Shown here piece after piece: positions 61,780 to 64,000 of a DNA stretch of 64,000 bases. Every line of letters begins with the position of its first letter. Positions within the stretch are counted from its first letter, which is position 1. The position numbers and the translations under genes are program-made. The notes under the pieces were generated by a model. It was not told the origin of the DNA. It searched no databases and saw only the letters and a list, made by a program, of their open reading frames with translations. Source of the DNA: Chiloscyllium plagiosum (lineage: Eukaryota); NCBI RefSeq assembly GCF_004010195.1, contig NC_057718.1, positions 18,757,598 through 18,821,597 on the forward strand. The letters run 5' to 3'.

Positions 61780-62145
61780 TTATTCTTTCATGAGATGTGG
61801 ACATCACTGATTCCTAATTTGCCACCGAACTGAATGGTTTGCTAGGACATTTTAGCTAGCAGAGAAAATCCTCCACATTTCTGTGGACTTGGAGTCACAT
61901 GCCAGTCAGACCAGGAAAGGAAAACGGATCTCTCTCCCTAAAATGCAGTAATGAACCAGATGAGTTTTTATGACAATCAACGATTGTTTCATGGTCACCA
62001 TTACTAAGACTAACTTTCAATTCCAGGCTTCTAATTAACTGAATTCAAATTTCACCAGCTGCTGTGGTGGGATTTGAACTTATGTCCCCAAGGCGTTGAC
62101 ATGATGCTCTGGAAAACCAGGCCAGTGACATCACCATCATGCTCA
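61780..62145 (-). mobile_element. SINE family B; another copy at ~63745-64000
   Basis: Reverse complement of the family body (ggagtcacatg, gaaccagatg, gaattcaaatttcacc, gggatttgaac). Confidence 0.7.
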
Positions 62146-62699
62146 CCTTTAGAGTTTGTGTAATGTCTTTATGCTGCAGCTGTACATGGGGATGAATTTA
62201 CCTGACCAGTTGACTCTACAGCTTCAAAATGACCTCTGAAAACTGGTGAAATATGTTTTGTCTTCCACTGTGCATGAATAATTTTATTATTCCATAGGAA
62301 CATCCAATAAAATAGTGTTGATGAAGACCTAAACACAGAAGAATTTCTTGCAACTGCCAGTCAATATTCATACTGAGAAATCTAGTGCTGGTGTGTTTTA
62401 TGATGGAGCCACAGTAATAAATTTCAGTTAGGCCGGCAGGTAGATTTAATTACTTCTCAGCCTGTGCTTCTCCGAGTTTGACGAGCAGAGGACTGAATGT
62501 GTGGCCTTTATCAAGTCAAGTGTGCAGGAGTCCTTGGAGAGAAGACCAGTCTCAGATGTGAGTTCAATGTTCATTTCAAATAAGCTGCTCCTTTGCTGCA
62601 GGCAAGGTAGGGGGAAAAACACTTTGAAAATGATTACTGTACATTTCAAACTGCTGGCCCTCAATAAAAAGATTACAGCAAGGACGAGAAGTTGGGGAG

Positions 62700-62760
62700 A
62701 TTGGGGGCGGGGGGCGGGATGGGATTGCTGCTTGTGTTGATTGGCAATATCCAATCAGTC
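62700..62760. promoter_or_regulatory. Promoter-like motif cluster: tandem GC boxes plus inverted CCAAT pair
   Basis: GGGGCGGGG (62704-12), GGGGCGGGA (62711-19) and TGATTGG-caatat-CCAATCA (62738-57) in non-repeat DNA. Confidence 0.35.
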
Positions 62761-63119
62761 AGGCAGGAAAACCTAAGCCACTTAACATAATCCACCTGAA
62801 GAGATTGTTGGAGAGTCAGCTGCATAATCCAAACCCCGAAATCCTATCACTCGCAATTCCAAATCTCAAAGTTGTGAAATGTAACAGGGCCAGTCCTGGT
62901 TGTTATCTCAATCCCAAGTCAGTTGGTAAAGTATGATAATAGATACCAATACTTATATTGATACTGAGTTATCCACTGAATGCAGTATTACATATGTCAG
63001 CTTCTTATCTACCAACCCAGGCCCAAAGCAGTCTCTCTAAATACTACAGTATTTTAAATTAATGGAACCCAATGAAATCAATTTAGCAGCTGGCAGTCCC
63101 TCAAATAGTCTCCCTTCAT

Positions 63120-63235
63120 AGATATTTTTAATTAGCCTGTTCAAGCATGTCATGATACACCCTGGAGCAGGTGGAGCATGAACCCTGGCCTTCTGTCTTA
63201 GAGATAGGGATAGTACCACTGAGTCACAAGTGACC
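63120..63235 (-). mobile_element. Short tRNA-like SINE ('family D'); related copies at ~36760-36860 and ~61165-61292
   Basis: Shared cctgttc..catgt..gacac..cctggagcagg..gaaccc..gatagggatagtaccactg..cacaag. Confidence 0.55.
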
Positions 63236-64000
63236 TTAGTTCGCACCTTTTCATTTTATAAATTAAAATTATTTAAACAAAATTGAATTAAGTTAAAGAG
63301 GTAGCTGCTCCTTAAAATGATATTATAACTGAGGACAAATTCTCAAAGAAAACTTAATAATTTGAATTAAAATGTGGTTTCAGGAAGAGCTGATTTACTC
63401 CAGTCTTTGAGGCTCCCATTCATCATATCTTTCTATCTCTCTTCCCTTCTTGTTCTGCTGAGAAACTACCACCAGTTCAGGTCATGGTTGTAGTTCATGG
63501 GACTAGGTTGATTTGTGTTGAAATGGGGCTGTACTTTTAACCACACTTGGCTGGTTTGTACATCTGCTTATGTTACTGTGATATTGCATTTTATTTAGTA
63601 CGTAGAAAATATAGCAAGTAGAGATTCAATGTTGCCTCAACCAGACCATTTTCTGTTGGATTCACACGTGAGTGACACTGGGTATATGTTCAGACCTGTT
63701 CAGATAAGACTATCCCTTTGTAGAAATGTCAAAAAATCAACTGTTTTTTTAATTCATTTATGGGATGAGGGCTTCACAAACGAGGCCAGCATTTATTGTC
63801 CATTCCTATTTGCCCAGAGAGTAGTTAAGTGTCAACCACATTGCTGTAGATCTGGAGTTATATGTAGGCCAGACCAGGTAAGTGACATTGAAATGCTCAT
63901 CAGCCATCATTGAATGGCAGAGTGGATTCGATGGGCCAAATGGTCTTACTTCCACTCCTATTTCTTATGGATGGCAGATTCCTTCCAAAAAGGACATTTG

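Overview
Eukaryotic, repeat-dense non-coding DNA, almost certainly from a cartilaginous fish: HE1/V-SINEs, HER1-type CR1 LINEs and a DeuSINE point to a shark. I found no convincing host protein-coding gene. The longer ORFs I could assign are decayed transposon fragments (CR1 ORF1 esterase and RT, Rex1/Babar RT, Neptune-type Penelope RT plus GIY-YIG, Gypsy gag/protease/RNase H/integrase, a Harbinger-type Myb/SANT remnant). Between the repeats are several TE-free islands rich in transcription-factor motifs, possibly conserved enhancers in an intron or gene desert. The most striking signal is about 13 Penelope-derived insertions built around a minimal hammerhead ribozyme motif (CTGA(T/A)GA-A-GGGC-loop-GCCC-GAAA-CGTC). 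They include ~95-bp solo ribozyme units and 130-220-bp fold-back units with target-site duplications (TSDs). Their 5' ends coincide at an Inr-like ATTCC, and every fold-back has one tailed and one tail-less arm. Family names come from recognised sequence and protein motifs, not database searches. Coordinates of old repeats are approximate.
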